Source: Sphyrna mokarran
Taxonomy: Eukaryota
Assembly (NCBI GenBank): GCA_024679065.1
Contig: JAGIQG010000023.1
Coordinates: 10,044,001 to 10,108,000, forward strand
Length of the DNA stretch: 64,000 nt
Direction of reading: 5' to 3'
The first letter of the stretch is position 1, and every line of letters begins with the position of its first letter. Position numbers and translations under genes: made by a program. Shown here one piece after another: positions 30,301 through 40,649 of the stretch. Under the pieces are notes generated by a model. The model was not told the origin of the DNA. It made no database searches and was given only the letters and a program-made list of their open reading frames with translations.

Positions 30301-33300
30301 CCGCCCTCACTGCCAGTTGGAATAGGGAATTTGGCACTCAGTCAAATCTTCATTGACAGCAGCGGGACTGGATAATCCCAGCTGCAGATAAGCTTTGTGA
30401 ATTCCAGCCATTGTTTGTATTTGCATTTAACATTCAACAGTCAGTATCATTCGACATTTAAGCATCAGTACTGTTTCAAGTCCACAGAGAGGTTTTATGG
30501 CCCCGAACAAGTGAGACTGGAAAATCCCACTCAACGTCAACAGACATTTCCGTTGCCTGCCCCACACCTGCTCCAATACCACGGTGGGCAAGGCAATAAA
30601 TTTCCAACATAAGTATCCTCCAAAGGACATCAACTAGGAGATAGAAGATATCAACTGGTTGCCGCTGAAATAGTTAATTGGGAAAATTGGCTTGAACTCA
30701 TCGTTTTGTTCTGATTTCCTTTGTTTTTGAACTCAGTACTAGAGTCTGACATCAACCGTATGTACAGGTTTAATGAACTGAAGGAATTTATTACAGGAGA
30801 AGAAGCGAGCTGTTGCTGAGTATCTGATGAGTATTCAGGAAATGGTCAAAGTCTATGGTCCAGACAACGGGCGCATGGGTGGGGTCCTTGCCAACATGTT
30901 ATCCAGGACAGTGGGGTCCAAAGTGCAATAAATCTGCCCTCATCTCTCTGGATCATTACTCTGAGCCTCTGAATTTACAATTCCTCCAACATAATCATTG
31001 TTCTAACTGCCCTCTAGCTGCCAGACTCTGCACTGCTGTGGAGCCTCCAGACATCGGATCTATCAATGTCCCCTCCCAGACAGAACAAAGAACAAAGAAC
31101 AAAGAACAAAACAGCACGGAAACAGGCCCTTCGGCCCAACAAGCCTGCGCTGCCACCCCGATGTTCCACCTCTACCCATGATCCCTGTCTACGTTTATAG
31201 ATCTATGGGTTAAAAACTAAATTTGAGACAATTTAGGGAGAATTTGTTTTGCCAATTAGCCTAAGATAAAGCACTGATCAGACATTTCAACTGAGAGTAA
31301 TAAAGATAATCACTGAGAACAATTTACCTTCAGATATTTGTAGCTTTACAGGAAATATTGAAAGGAGGCCGGGTTTATCAATACCACAGCTGTACCATCC
31401 TGCATCTCCTGAGCGAAGATCCTCCATCGTAACAACAAATAATCCTTGTGTCTTGTTATCTGTGATCGACATTCTCCCTCGCCGTCCATCTGGATCGTTT
31501 GATTTTACTAAAACAGAGCACTGACGGCTCCAATATTTCACATGTGACTGGGACAATTTGCCATAGTGGCAATCGATAGTGATCGTTCTTCCCAAAATTC
31601 CTGTTACGTTAGGTTTTGCCCGCAATGCACTTGGAGCTAAAGACAACAGGTCAAAAATTGAACTGAAAATAATTGTTTACTTCAAACAAATATATTCAGG
31701 AGGATTTACTACTCTGTTCACAGAAATCTCTTCAATACATCTACTAATGAAATTGAATACCACCGTGTTTGATATTTTTGGGCCAATTGAATATGTGCTC
31801 CCTGCAAATTAATCATTAAACCACCATATTGAGATTTTATGCTAAGCACTTAATAAAGTAAAACATTAAGGGGTTGCATTAATCTTTTAGTGCTGTTTAG
31901 GATCTGTTTTGTTCACCACAAGAGTGTGGTTCCTATTTTTTTTTTATTTTGTACAATAAAAGCACGCTTATTTCACATCCAGTTCCTGGAGTTATTATAT
32001 TCTCAAACAGCAATTGTCAGACAGCAGATTGTCTGCTCATGATCACATTGCTCTTTGAGGAAACTTATTGCTCATAAATTGGCACTGAACTTCCTACGTC
32101 ACAGCAATGGCTCTGAATCAGTTCCAGCATTGATCAGAACAGACTTTAAAACTATTCTGAAATTATGAAAATTGACAGATAAATGTAATTTTATTTTTTT
32201 TTTAATTTCCTTGAATGGCTAATAGAACTAAACTCATGAGCAATTCAGACAGACATTAATTTAAAAATTAGTTGCAGTTTTTGAAGCTGGAAATGATATT
32301 TACCAATATCACTGATTTGTGTTAAATAACTGCAATCGTTCTCTGAAATGTAAATCACTGCCACTGTAACCATTTCACTGGATTTTTGTCCCTGGTTATT
32401 TGAGGCTGTGCAGTAATAGTGATGGTGTTGCTCTGTGAAGCGTTGACAATGTAGATCCAGTTTATTGGTGTCAGAGATCTTTGAATCTTCACACTGGGTC
32501 TTTTCATACCATGTGTACTGAATGGGAAGTGATCCCTGGACAGACTCACAGGAGACGGACACTGAGCCCCCAGAACATGAGGCATTTGGTGCTGATAGAA
32601 ATTTCAGTTCAGGAGCAGACACGGGTTCTGTGGGAAAGAAACAAACATTCAGATTCTGTGTGAACATCTAAAAGTAAAACACTCTGTGAATTTCAGCTCA
32701 TCAACCACTCATTCAGGGTCAGTCATGTTGCAATCTCACCAACATATCTCGCTCTCCATATCTCTCCACCCTCCAAGCAGCCTGAACTATAGTGTCTCCT
32801 ATTATGTCAGAACATAGCAGCTCTCCAAGTCAGACCATGAACCAGGAGATAAAGACTTCAATTAATTGGTGAATGGATTAGGGGAGATTTGGGACAATGG
32901 GTTATTTCACTCGGGGGATGCTGAGAGTCCAGAATTCACTGCCTGGAAGAGTGGTGAAGAGTGGGAGATGTGGATACCTGATCACATTAAACAAAATGGA
33001 TTAAACTTGAGATGCTGTAACCGACAGGGCTCTGGATCAAGAACTAAATAGTGGGATCAGATTGGATTGCTTGTCCTGCCATCCCAGTGTGGCACAGTGA
33101 TTAGCACTGCAACCTCACAAAACCAGGGACCTGGATTCAATTTCAGCATTGGCTGTGTGGTCAGTGCACACTCTCCCCGTGCCTGCACGGTTTTTCTCTG
33201 GGTACTTCAGTTTCCCCCCACAACCAAAGATATGCATAGATCCATGAGGAGATGGTGGTCTAGTGGTATTATTGCTAGCCTATTAATCGAGAATCTTAGT

Positions 33301-36300
33301 TAATGTTCTGGGGGCCCAGGTTCGAATCCCTCGACGGCAGGTGATAGAATTTGATTTCAATGAAGAAAATCTGGAATTAAGAATCTACTGATGACCATGA
33401 AACCATTGTCGGTGTTGGAAAAACCCATTTGGTTCACTAATGCCTGTTAGGGAATGAAATCTACCATCCTTTCCTGATCTGGCCTACATACGATGCCAGA
33501 ACCAAAACAATATGATGAATTCTTAACCATCCCCTAAAATGGCCTCGCAAACCTTTCGGGATGGGCAATAGATGCCACTCAGCCAGCAATACACGTGTCC
33601 CCAGATGAATGAAAAACAAATATTTGCACTCCTAACAGGTGCCAGGCACTGCCAATGTGGGTGGTGCTGGCGGGGGGAGGGAAAGGAATGGCATACCAAA
33701 GGGTGGGGCCTATTGAGGGCTCAAAGAGTTACATAGAACATAGAACATTACAGCACAGAAGTTGGGGGACTTTCACTAATACCGTGCACTGGGATTTATG
33801 GGACAGGGAAAGTGGAGGGCAATCAGCATTGGCCATCTGGGTAGGGGGAAATCGGAACTGGCCATCTGGGTAGGGAGAGATTGGGGCTGGCCCAGGAGAC
33901 CTCTGGTAGATCAGTGGTCGGATGGTGGTGAGGGGAGTCGGGACAGTCAGTGATCGGGAGGCCAGCGGTGATGAGGCCAATGCACATGCGCCAATATCTG
34001 CAGTGACAGATCAGAGTATGTGCTGTGGTCCATTCAGAACTATGCTGTGGGCCTCTCCAGTGGGATTTGGACCCGTGGACCACATTTCAGACTCAATCAC
34101 TCTGTATTGGAGAAGCGTTCTAGTTGTTGTCAAATAAGCCTCTTCAGACACTGGAATTCCAACACATCACGGAAGCTGATCAGGAAACGTGTACTCCCTG
34201 TGTTGTGGGATTGCCCATCAGCGAGCTGCTTGTCTCTGTTCATTCCTTTGTCTTGTGGAGCTCAGGTCTATGCGGAGGAGGCAGTTGCTGCTCTTGATGG
34301 TATTGATCTCATCTGAGCCCAAAATAAAACAGCCTGAAAACCACTCATGCTGATCTGGTAGATACAATCGCCAAAATGTCATCCAGAAATACACATTCCC
34401 AACACTGTTGTGAAAGTCAGCACCCTGTAAATACTAATGTTAAACCTTTCACCAATCCGGCTAGAAATAAACAGTGAGGGTCCAATGCTTCTTGGCATCT
34501 TTCCCAGTCACTTCTTCAGCCTCCCCCATTGCCTCTGTCTTCTGCCCTTGCTCAGTAACCCGAGCAGCCGCAGGTAGATTCCACCAATTACACTCACTGA
34601 CTGATTAATAGACTGAGACTGATAACCCATCTCTCAGCGGGAGATTTCATCACACACAGATTGACACATTTAAAAGTTTCCTTGGAACTTTTTATGATCA
34701 TTTGGAATGTTTGGAAAATGGGGTCCAATTCTGTTCACAACACAACCAGAATGACATGGAGGCTTTGGAGAGAGTAGAGAAAAGGTTTACCAGGATGTTG
34801 CCTGGTATGGAGGGTATTAACTATGAGGAGAGATTGAATAAATTGGGATTGTTCTCCCTGGAAAGATGGAGGCTGAGGGCCACCTGATAGAAATTTATAA
34901 AATTATGAAAGTTATAAGAACAACAAAGAATAAAGAACAACACAGCACGGGAAACAGGCCATTCGGCCCAACGAGCCCGCGCTGCCGTCCTAACGTCTTA
35001 ATGACATATAGAGATCAATATAGGCACAATTTGTTACGCAATCAGCCTAAGAGCACATTTTTGGGATGTGGGAGGAAACTGGAGCACCTGGAGAAAACCC
35101 ACGCAACCACGGGGAGAACGCGCAAACTCCCGCAGACACAGGCCCAAATCCATGTGTCTGCACAGCAACAGCGATAGTCTGTGAGCTGTCATGTTGCCCA
35201 TCAGATGGTCCAGTTTAAGCATACACTAACGACGTGAAGCACTAGGCCACTCCTGAAGTAACATCCAAGAGCAGCCCTCGCACGACCTGCCGAATGCATG
35301 CACCTTGTTGGTCAACTAGGTGGACCGATTAGCCTGTGGAAACAAATAAAGTATTTAAACAGTCCTCCTATATCCCTCTATCTGCAGACCGCTCATGTGG
35401 CTGTCCAAGAGACCCTTAAACAACCCTAGCGTGCCTGCTCCCACCACCTTACTTGGTAGTGCATTCCACACCCCCACTACCCTTTGTGTGAAAAAATGCC
35501 CTCTAATATTAGTCTTATACATTGCCCCCCTCACCCTAAGGCCGTGACCCCTCGTTCTATCCGAATCTAATGGTGGAAAAAGCTTACCACCATTTACTCT
35601 ATCTATACCCCTCATAATCTTATATACCTCTAATAGATCCCTTCTCAGCCGACGTCTTTCAAGGGAAAACAACCCCAGTGCGTTCAATCTTTCCTCGTAA
35701 GACAGCCTTTCCATACCAGGCAGCATCCTGGTAAAACTCCTCTGCACTCTCTCCAGGGCCTCCACATCCTTCCGGTAGTACGGCAACCAGAACTGGATGC
35801 AGTACTCCAAGTGAGGCCTAACCAACGTTCTATACACTTGCAACATCAGACTCCTACTCTTGTATTCTATACCCCTTACTATGAAGGCTAACATACCATA
35901 CGCTTTCTTTATCACTTTCTCCACCTGTACTGACACCTTCAGAGACTTGTGAACCTGCACCCCCAGGTCTCTGCGTCTCTATACTCCGGATAGTTTTACC
36001 TTTTATCTTATAACTCCCCTCTACATTATTCCGGCCAAAATGCATCACCTCGCATTTATCTGGATTAATTTCCATTTGCCATCTATCTGCCCAATCTACC
36101 AACCTATCTATGTCCTGTTGTATTGCCTGGCACTGCTCCTCAGTCCCCGCCAATCCAAGCATCTTAGTGTCATCAGCAAATTTGCTGATCACACCACCTA
36201 CCCCTCTTCCAAGTCATTTATATAAATCACAAATAGAAGAGGTCCTAGTACTGAGCCCTGTGGCACACCACTAGTGACTGACCTCCAGTTGGAAAAAGAG

Positions 36301-39300
36301 CCTTCCACTACTACCCGCTGTCTCCTCCTCCCAAGCCAGTTCTCAACCCATCTACATACCTGGCCCTGTATCCCATGCGCCTTCAACTTTTTTATCAGCC
36401 TACCATGGGGAACCTTGTCAAACGCCTTACTGAAATCCATGTAGACGACATCAACGGCTTGTCCTTCATCAATGGTTTTTGTCACCTCTTCAAAAAATTC
36501 CACTAGATTCGTAAGGCACGACCTCCCCTTAACGAAGCCATGCTGCGTATCCCTGATCAGATTGCAGCGCTCCAGATGTTCATACATCCTGTCCCTGAGA
36601 ATCCTCTCCATTAGCTTACCTATAACTGAAGTCAAGCTCACCGGCCTATAGTTCCCTGGGTTATCCTTCTGACCCTTTTTAAACAACGGTTTATAGATAG
36701 AATGAACAGTTGGAAACTTTTCCCAGGGCAAAAATGACAATTACAAAGGGGCAGAATTCAAGATTGGGGGGGAAAGATTCAGTAGAAATGTGCAGATGAA
36801 CTTTTTTACACAGGCTGTGGTGGGGATCTGGAACACACTGCCAAGTGAGGTGTTTGAAGCAGATACATTAGCCACATTTCAGACTTATCGTGACAGACAT
36901 AAGAACAAACAGGGAGGAGAGGGATATAAGCACTTCGTCTAGGTAGGTAAATGCGATTGGTGTAGGCTTGGAGGGCCGAAGGACCTGTTCCTTTGCTGTC
37001 CTGTTCTTTGTTCTTTGATTCTTTTAAGGGGCTTTCACCATATTGGATTATTTAATTGTTAAATTTGCCAATTTGTTTACTTTTAACCTGTTAGCTTCAC
37101 CCTGAATTTTCAGTGGTTTATTTGAAAGAAGCACAAACTGACACATTGCGGATACATATGGATATTGGGAGTTTGACTGGCTTTCCAACATATTGTCATT
37201 TTCTGTATATTTAACCCCTCTGTGCTCCCCCACCCACCCTACAGCCCCACCATTCACTGCTAAACCAACAAGGTACAATTACTACCAACTGACTGCTCAC
37301 TTCACTTTGTTAATGTCTGACTATTAGATTGATGCTGACTGTAAAAAATCTGACAGTGTGATGTTTAATACATTTCAGAGAGAGAAAAAAGTCTGAGTAT
37401 CGCAAGTAATGTCTTTCATAATATTGCATCATTAAAGGATTTGTTAGTCTAATAATGTTTGAAGTTTTTGGTCAGAATGTTGGACAGACCACGAATTGAG
37501 TTTGTGTCACAAGAGTCAGATTTCCAGGTCTCTGCCCTCTAGCAGTCAGACTCTGCATTACTGCAGACCCTCGGGATATCGGAGCTTTCAATGTTTCCTT
37601 ATGAATAAAACATGGATCAGACATTTCAGTAATAAAGAAATTGAGAATAACACACCATGAGATATTTGCAGCTCCACAGTAAATGCTGGATCTTGGCCAA
37701 CTGTATGAATTGCACAGCTGTACCATCCTGCATCTCCGACGTTAAGATCCTCCATTGTAACAACAAATATTCCTTGTGCCTTGTTATCTGTGATTGACAT
37801 TCTCCCTCGCCGTCCATCTGGATCATTTGTTCTCACTAAATATGAGCACAGGTCAGTCCAACCCTGACACCAATATTTCACATTTTCTTTGTATTGTTCA
37901 GTATAATTGCAATTTATTGTGATCGCTCTTCCCACAATTCCTGTGACTCTCTTTTCTGCCCACAATGCACCTGAAACTGAGGAGACAACATTTCAGCTAT
38001 TGACCAAGTAAATAACTGCTTAATGCAGAGAGAAACATTTTAACAAGATTTACCACTGTGCACAGAGGAAACTCTCCAATATCTGTATTCATCATTCTCT
38101 TTCTAGTTTGTGCTGAATGAAAACATGAATATAAAGCCATGCTGTCAGTGCTAAAGTACTTCAGTGCCAATGATTTCTTGTTAATGTGTAGTGGCCATTG
38201 TTATTGTGTCACTTGTCACTCAAGCTTTGCACTGGTGCCTCTGAGTGAATGGATTGAAGGGTCAGGTCCCACTCCAGAGACTGGAGTATAAAATCTACAG
38301 GAACATTCCAGTGTAATACTGAGGGATGAGATGGCTCAGAATTTCCTCATCCAGTCATGTTCACACAGCTCAGTGATGACTTTCAGGTGAAAGGTTAATC
38401 TGATGCCCAGGCCTGGAGGGTCCCTGTCATGGAGAAAATCCCGGGAATGACTTTAATTTCAAAGCCCCGAGATTGGGAATGGAACTAGAATCGGGCTGGC
38501 ATTCATACAAATGTGATTTGTTCAACTCTGGAATGTCTTAAATTCATCATCTGCCTCAAGTGAAGTGGGATTTTGGATGAACAGAAGTGTGTGTGGAATC
38601 TGGAATGCGCAGATTAGAATATTGAAGAAAAGGTCTGAATTTGGTGGATTCTTATTGGACAGCCAGGGTGCACTTTCTGGAGAAGGAAGTTACCCTTTGG
38701 GAGGGGAGAGTTACTCTTTGGGGCAAACTCTGGTGAGTGGTCAAGGCCAGAGTGATTATTTGGTTGTTTAAATTATTTTATTTATGAACCATGGCGCTGG
38801 GGCAGGGACACAGGCCTTGTGTCCAGCTCGCCTCCAGGCTGAACAGCGTGTGGATTGGTTCCTGGGTCGCCTACAAAAGCTCATTTTTATTACTTTTCCC
38901 GACTCAGTAAACACGGCTCAGGGACGGCAATCTGGGCCTCAGTCTGCCCCACAGGTCAATGCACCAGGAATGACACATTACTCAGCATAAAATGCAATGA
39001 GGATTCCCGAGGCTGGTTCCTGGGATAAGGGGATGGAATGGGAACAGGTTGAATCCACAAGGTGCAAGTCGGTTGGAAGAATGAGAGGTGATTGAATTGA
39101 AATGGGTAAAATTCTTAAGGAGCTTGACAGGATACACTTTGAGCATATATATACCATCCTACCAGGGTTGGGCATTCTGCAACACAGGGTCACAATTTCA
39201 AAATAAAGTGACAGACACAAAGGATGTGATGAGGGGATTTTTATTCACTCACAGTGTTGCGGATTTTTGGAATTCATCCCAGGGAGCTTTAGATGTTCAA

Positions 39301-40647
39301 CCTTGAAGGATATTAAACACAGAGATTTATACAATTTTTTGGCTCCAACATAATCGAGGAATATGGGGATATTGCAGGATATAAGAATTGAGAGTGGAGA
39401 TCAGTCAGGATGTTGCTGAATGATGGAGCTGGCTCAAAGGGACAAATGGCCAACTCCTGCTCCTATTTCTAATGTTTATCTTGAGGAGGAGAGGTGGCAG
39501 TATGAATCAAAAATTCCATTGCAGCCAGCATAATAATATCAGTTTAATATGGGGCTGGCATAAAAATTTAGATTTACTTTGTTAAACATCAAAAAATTAG
39601 AAGAAAATGATTATTCTTGTCTACTTTGTAGACAAAGCATGTACAAGTGATTGGGTGGCACGTTAACACAATGGTGAGCACAGCTGCCTCACTGCGCCAG
39701 CGACCTGGGTTCAAATCCAGCCTCGGCTTACTGTCTACATAGAGCTTGCACCTTCTCCCCGTATCTGTGTGGGTTTCATCTGAGTACTCCAGCTTCCTCC
39801 CACACTGCAAAGATGTTCAGGTCAGGCTAAATATGCTAAATTGCCCCTTATTGTCCCAAGATATATAGGTTAAGAAAATTAATGAGGCAAATATGTGGTG
39901 TTACGGGCATGTGTAACAGGCACTTTGGTGCAGACCAAATGGGCCAAATGGCCTCCTTGTGTACTGTAGGGATTCTCTGATTGATAAAGCTTTCATCAGC
40001 TGTAATTTAAAAAATATAAACAATTGCAAACTTGAGGAATATGGTCCTGGAGCCTTTGTTATTTCTGCAGTTTTCAGAGTCACTTCAATGAGCAATAATC
40101 AGCAATGGATCACAGGCATCTCTCAACATTAGGGAGAGACAAACAGTTACATTCACTCCACAGGAACGGGGAAAGGTGAGGAGGCAGATTTCCACAAACT
40201 ACCACAGCCGGTCAGAGGATCGATGGAATTATTCTGCATTGCACTCCAAACCCTCTAGTTTCCAGGATATATTGAGCATGGAACTACGTTACCAAGTTAA
40301 CTTTTACTGGACTGAAATGTGTTGTTTCTGCATTTTAATTATTTCAGTCATAGCTTTTTAACAAAAATGAATAGGTTAGTTTATATTCGTAATCAATAAT
40401 GCCATTTAATATTTGCTGGTAAATATTTCAGTGGTAAAATACTATCAACAAAATAGCTACAAATATCACAAAAATGCCATTAATTTATTTTTGCTGAGTT
40501 TTCATAGCGTTATGTGTCTCCAAGTGTTTAAATATTGTTGCAGGATAAACCATGCACTAGAATTAATCTAACACTCTTCATCTTGATACCCAGTTTTGTC
40601 CCTTACTCACCAGGCAGAGAAAAGATGAAAAGAATCAGAATCCACAT
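1043..40647 (-). CDS. Gene A (spliced model): CD300/pIgR-like IgSF protein; leader + (V-C2)x10 + stalk, degenerate TM exon, downstream ITIM tail exon
   Basis: 22 exons from leader to stalk with GT-AG boundaries, all phase-compatible, 6440 nt open frame; V domains with C-W-C core and D-x-G-W-Y-x-C; C2 domains with SCES..YTWY..YYC. Confidence 0.88.
1545..1860 (-). mobile_element. Degenerate tRNA-derived SINE (family of 33245-33615)
   Basis: Shared motifs gtaggccagaccagg, gggatttgaactc. Confidence 0.6.
2340..2597 (-). mobile_element. tRNA-derived V/HE1-like SINE
   Basis: A/B-box head and the central domain tgtggagtttgcacattctccc in reverse. Confidence 0.8.
3741..3817 (-). pseudogene. Degenerate transmembrane exon of gene A (pseudo-exon; [26 protein letters not shown])
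   Basis: Mirror of B TM exon 62630-62718; acceptor cacag>cacac, 5-nt deletion (atgtt), ~21-nt deletion removing the gtgagt donor. Confidence 0.85.
3865..4795 (-). mobile_element. Old degenerate CR1 LINE (mirror of 61625-62585)
   Basis: Decayed RT C-terminal motifs and 3' tail. Confidence 0.8.
6367..6436 (-). CDS. Gene A stalk exon ([23 protein letters not shown]), phase 1 to 2
   Basis: tttcag acceptor, AAG|gtatgt donor, 70 nt, same size as the mirrored exon 59947-60016. Confidence 0.85.
7600..8335 (+). mobile_element. Deu-domain (SacSINE1-like) SINE interrupted by an HE1-like SINE (7783-8080)
   Basis: Recognisable head, Deu-like core (ggatgtataagatc..tatttatccctcaa) and tail (aaattggctgc..aaagtgctttg). 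Confidence 0.65.
8751..9074 (-). CDS. Gene A Ig C2-type exon C10
   Basis: cacag acceptor, G|gtaagt donor, 324 nt open. Confidence 0.92.
9275..9303. repeat. (AG)n microsatellite, of variable length in each unit
   Basis: Directly visible; also at ~25095-25135 and ~30082-30100. Confidence 0.9.
9669..9790. mobile_element. Second MITE-like element (representative copy; present in most array units)
   Basis: TIRs ggaatttta / gtaaaattcc; relative at ~63050-63187. Confidence 0.55.
10305..10613 (-). CDS. Gene A Ig V-type exon V10
   Basis: ttttcag acceptor, G|gtaaat donor, 309 nt open. Confidence 0.92.
11264..11587 (-). CDS. Gene A exon C9
   Basis: 324 nt, GT-AG, open; first extra Cys lost (NASL). 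Confidence 0.92.
12710..13659 (-). mobile_element. 5'-truncated CR1 LINE (RT C-terminus + 3' tail) in the V9-C9 intron
   Basis: [22 protein letters not shown], frameshifts, (gttctat)n tail; absent from the other array units. Confidence 0.95.
13745..14053 (-). CDS. Gene A exon V9
   Basis: 309 nt, GT-AG, open. Confidence 0.92.
14718..15041 (-). CDS. Gene A exon C8
   Basis: 324 nt, GT-AG, open. Confidence 0.92.
15421..15556. mobile_element. Short MITE-like element (representative copy; present in most array units)
   Basis: Imperfect TIRs ctgaattctcc / gggaattccag; relative at 49672-49778. Confidence 0.55.
16274..16582 (-). CDS. Gene A exon V8
   Basis: 309 nt, GT-AG, open. Confidence 0.92.
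17249..17572 (-). CDS. Gene A exon C7
   Basis: 324 nt, GT-AG, open. Confidence 0.92.
18803..19111 (-). CDS. Gene A exon V7
   Basis: 309 nt, GT-AG, open. Confidence 0.92.
19778..20101 (-). CDS. Gene A exon C6
   Basis: 324 nt, GT-AG, open. Confidence 0.92.
21333..21641 (-). CDS. Gene A exon V6
   Basis: 309 nt, GT-AG, open. Confidence 0.92.
22308..22631 (-). CDS. Gene A exon C5
   Basis: 324 nt, GT-AG, open. Confidence 0.92.
23600..23908 (-). CDS. Gene A exon V5
   Basis: 309 nt, GT-AG, open. Confidence 0.92.
24576..24899 (-). CDS. Gene A exon C4
   Basis: 324 nt, GT-AG, open. Confidence 0.92.
25270..25501. mobile_element. Penelope-like inverted (hairpin) terminal fragment with a hammerhead-core remnant
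   Basis: ~85-bp inverted arms; CTGATGA..GAAAGCTT on the minus strand; ~13-bp flanking duplication. Confidence 0.7.
25669..25977 (-). CDS. Gene A exon V4
   Basis: 309 nt, GT-AG, open. Confidence 0.92.
26646..26960 (-). CDS. Gene A exon C3 (in-frame 9-nt deletion)
   Basis: 315 nt, GT-AG, open. Confidence 0.92.
27008..27060 (+). mobile_element. 53-bp CR1 3'-tail insertion with TTCAT duplication
   Basis: Matches the tail of the 12710 element; ttcat at 27003-27007 and 27061-27065. Confidence 0.8.
28206..28514 (-). CDS. Gene A exon V3
   Basis: 309 nt, GT-AG, open. Confidence 0.92.
29006..29325 (+). mobile_element. HE1-like SINE inserted in one array unit
   Basis: Full head-V domain-tail; absent from the other units. 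Confidence 0.85.
29552..29875 (-). CDS. Gene A exon C2 (second C2-type domain)
   Basis: 324 nt, GT-AG, open. Confidence 0.92.
31080..31263 (-). mobile_element. 3'-end fragment of the same CR1 family as 47676-48510, in the V2-C2 intron
   Basis: Near-identical to ~47680-47855; absent from the other units. Confidence 0.85.
31328..31636 (-). CDS. Gene A exon V2
   Basis: 309 nt, tttag acceptor, gtaaat donor, open. Confidence 0.92.
32304..32627 (-). CDS. Gene A exon C1
   Basis: 324 nt, GT-AG, open; upstream intron mirrors that of gene B's C exon. Confidence 0.92.
33087..33615 (+). mobile_element. Two adjacent tRNA-derived SINEs (mirror at 57240-57760)
   Basis: A/B boxes (ggtggtctagtgg..ggttcgaatccc). 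Confidence 0.7.
34917..36690 (-). mobile_element. Young 5'-truncated CR1 LINE with TTATA target-site duplication, nested in an older CR1
   Basis: [36 protein letters not shown]; ttata at 34912-34916 and 36691-36695; empty site at ~56000-56020. Confidence 0.95.
37656..37976 (-). CDS. Gene A exon V1: N-terminal CD300/pIgR-type V domain with C-C' disulfide motif [11 protein letters not shown]
   Basis: ctcag acceptor (alternative in-frame AG 6 nt further in), G|gtgtgt donor, 321 nt open. Confidence 0.92.
39653..39980 (+). mobile_element. HE1-like SINE (mirror at 52750-53070)
   Basis: Head, V domain, CR1-type tail. Confidence 0.8.
40611..40647 (-). CDS. Gene A leader exon ([12 protein letters not shown])
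   Basis: ATG + hydrophobic 12-mer + G|gtgagt; same peptide in the mirrored copy. Confidence 0.9.
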
Positions 40648-40649
40648 TA

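Larger units (their letters stand above)
8751..32627. repeat. Tandem array of nine ~2.1-3.5 kb units (modal period ~2530 bp), each carrying a V and a C2 exon
   Basis: Exon spacing C8-C7-C6-C5 = 2531/2529/2530; homologous introns. Confidence 0.95.

Noticed and set aside
8751-32627. Nine or ten separate V-C genes
   Set aside because: No leader, stalk or TM exon is recognisable inside the units; the C-to-V gap is usually only ~650-700 bp with matching splice phases
8751-37976. Rearranging antigen-receptor (Ig/TCR/IgNAR) cluster
   Set aside because: V exons are complete through the G strand and end in splice donors; no RSS, D or J segments seen; the constant-like domains are C2-type, not C1
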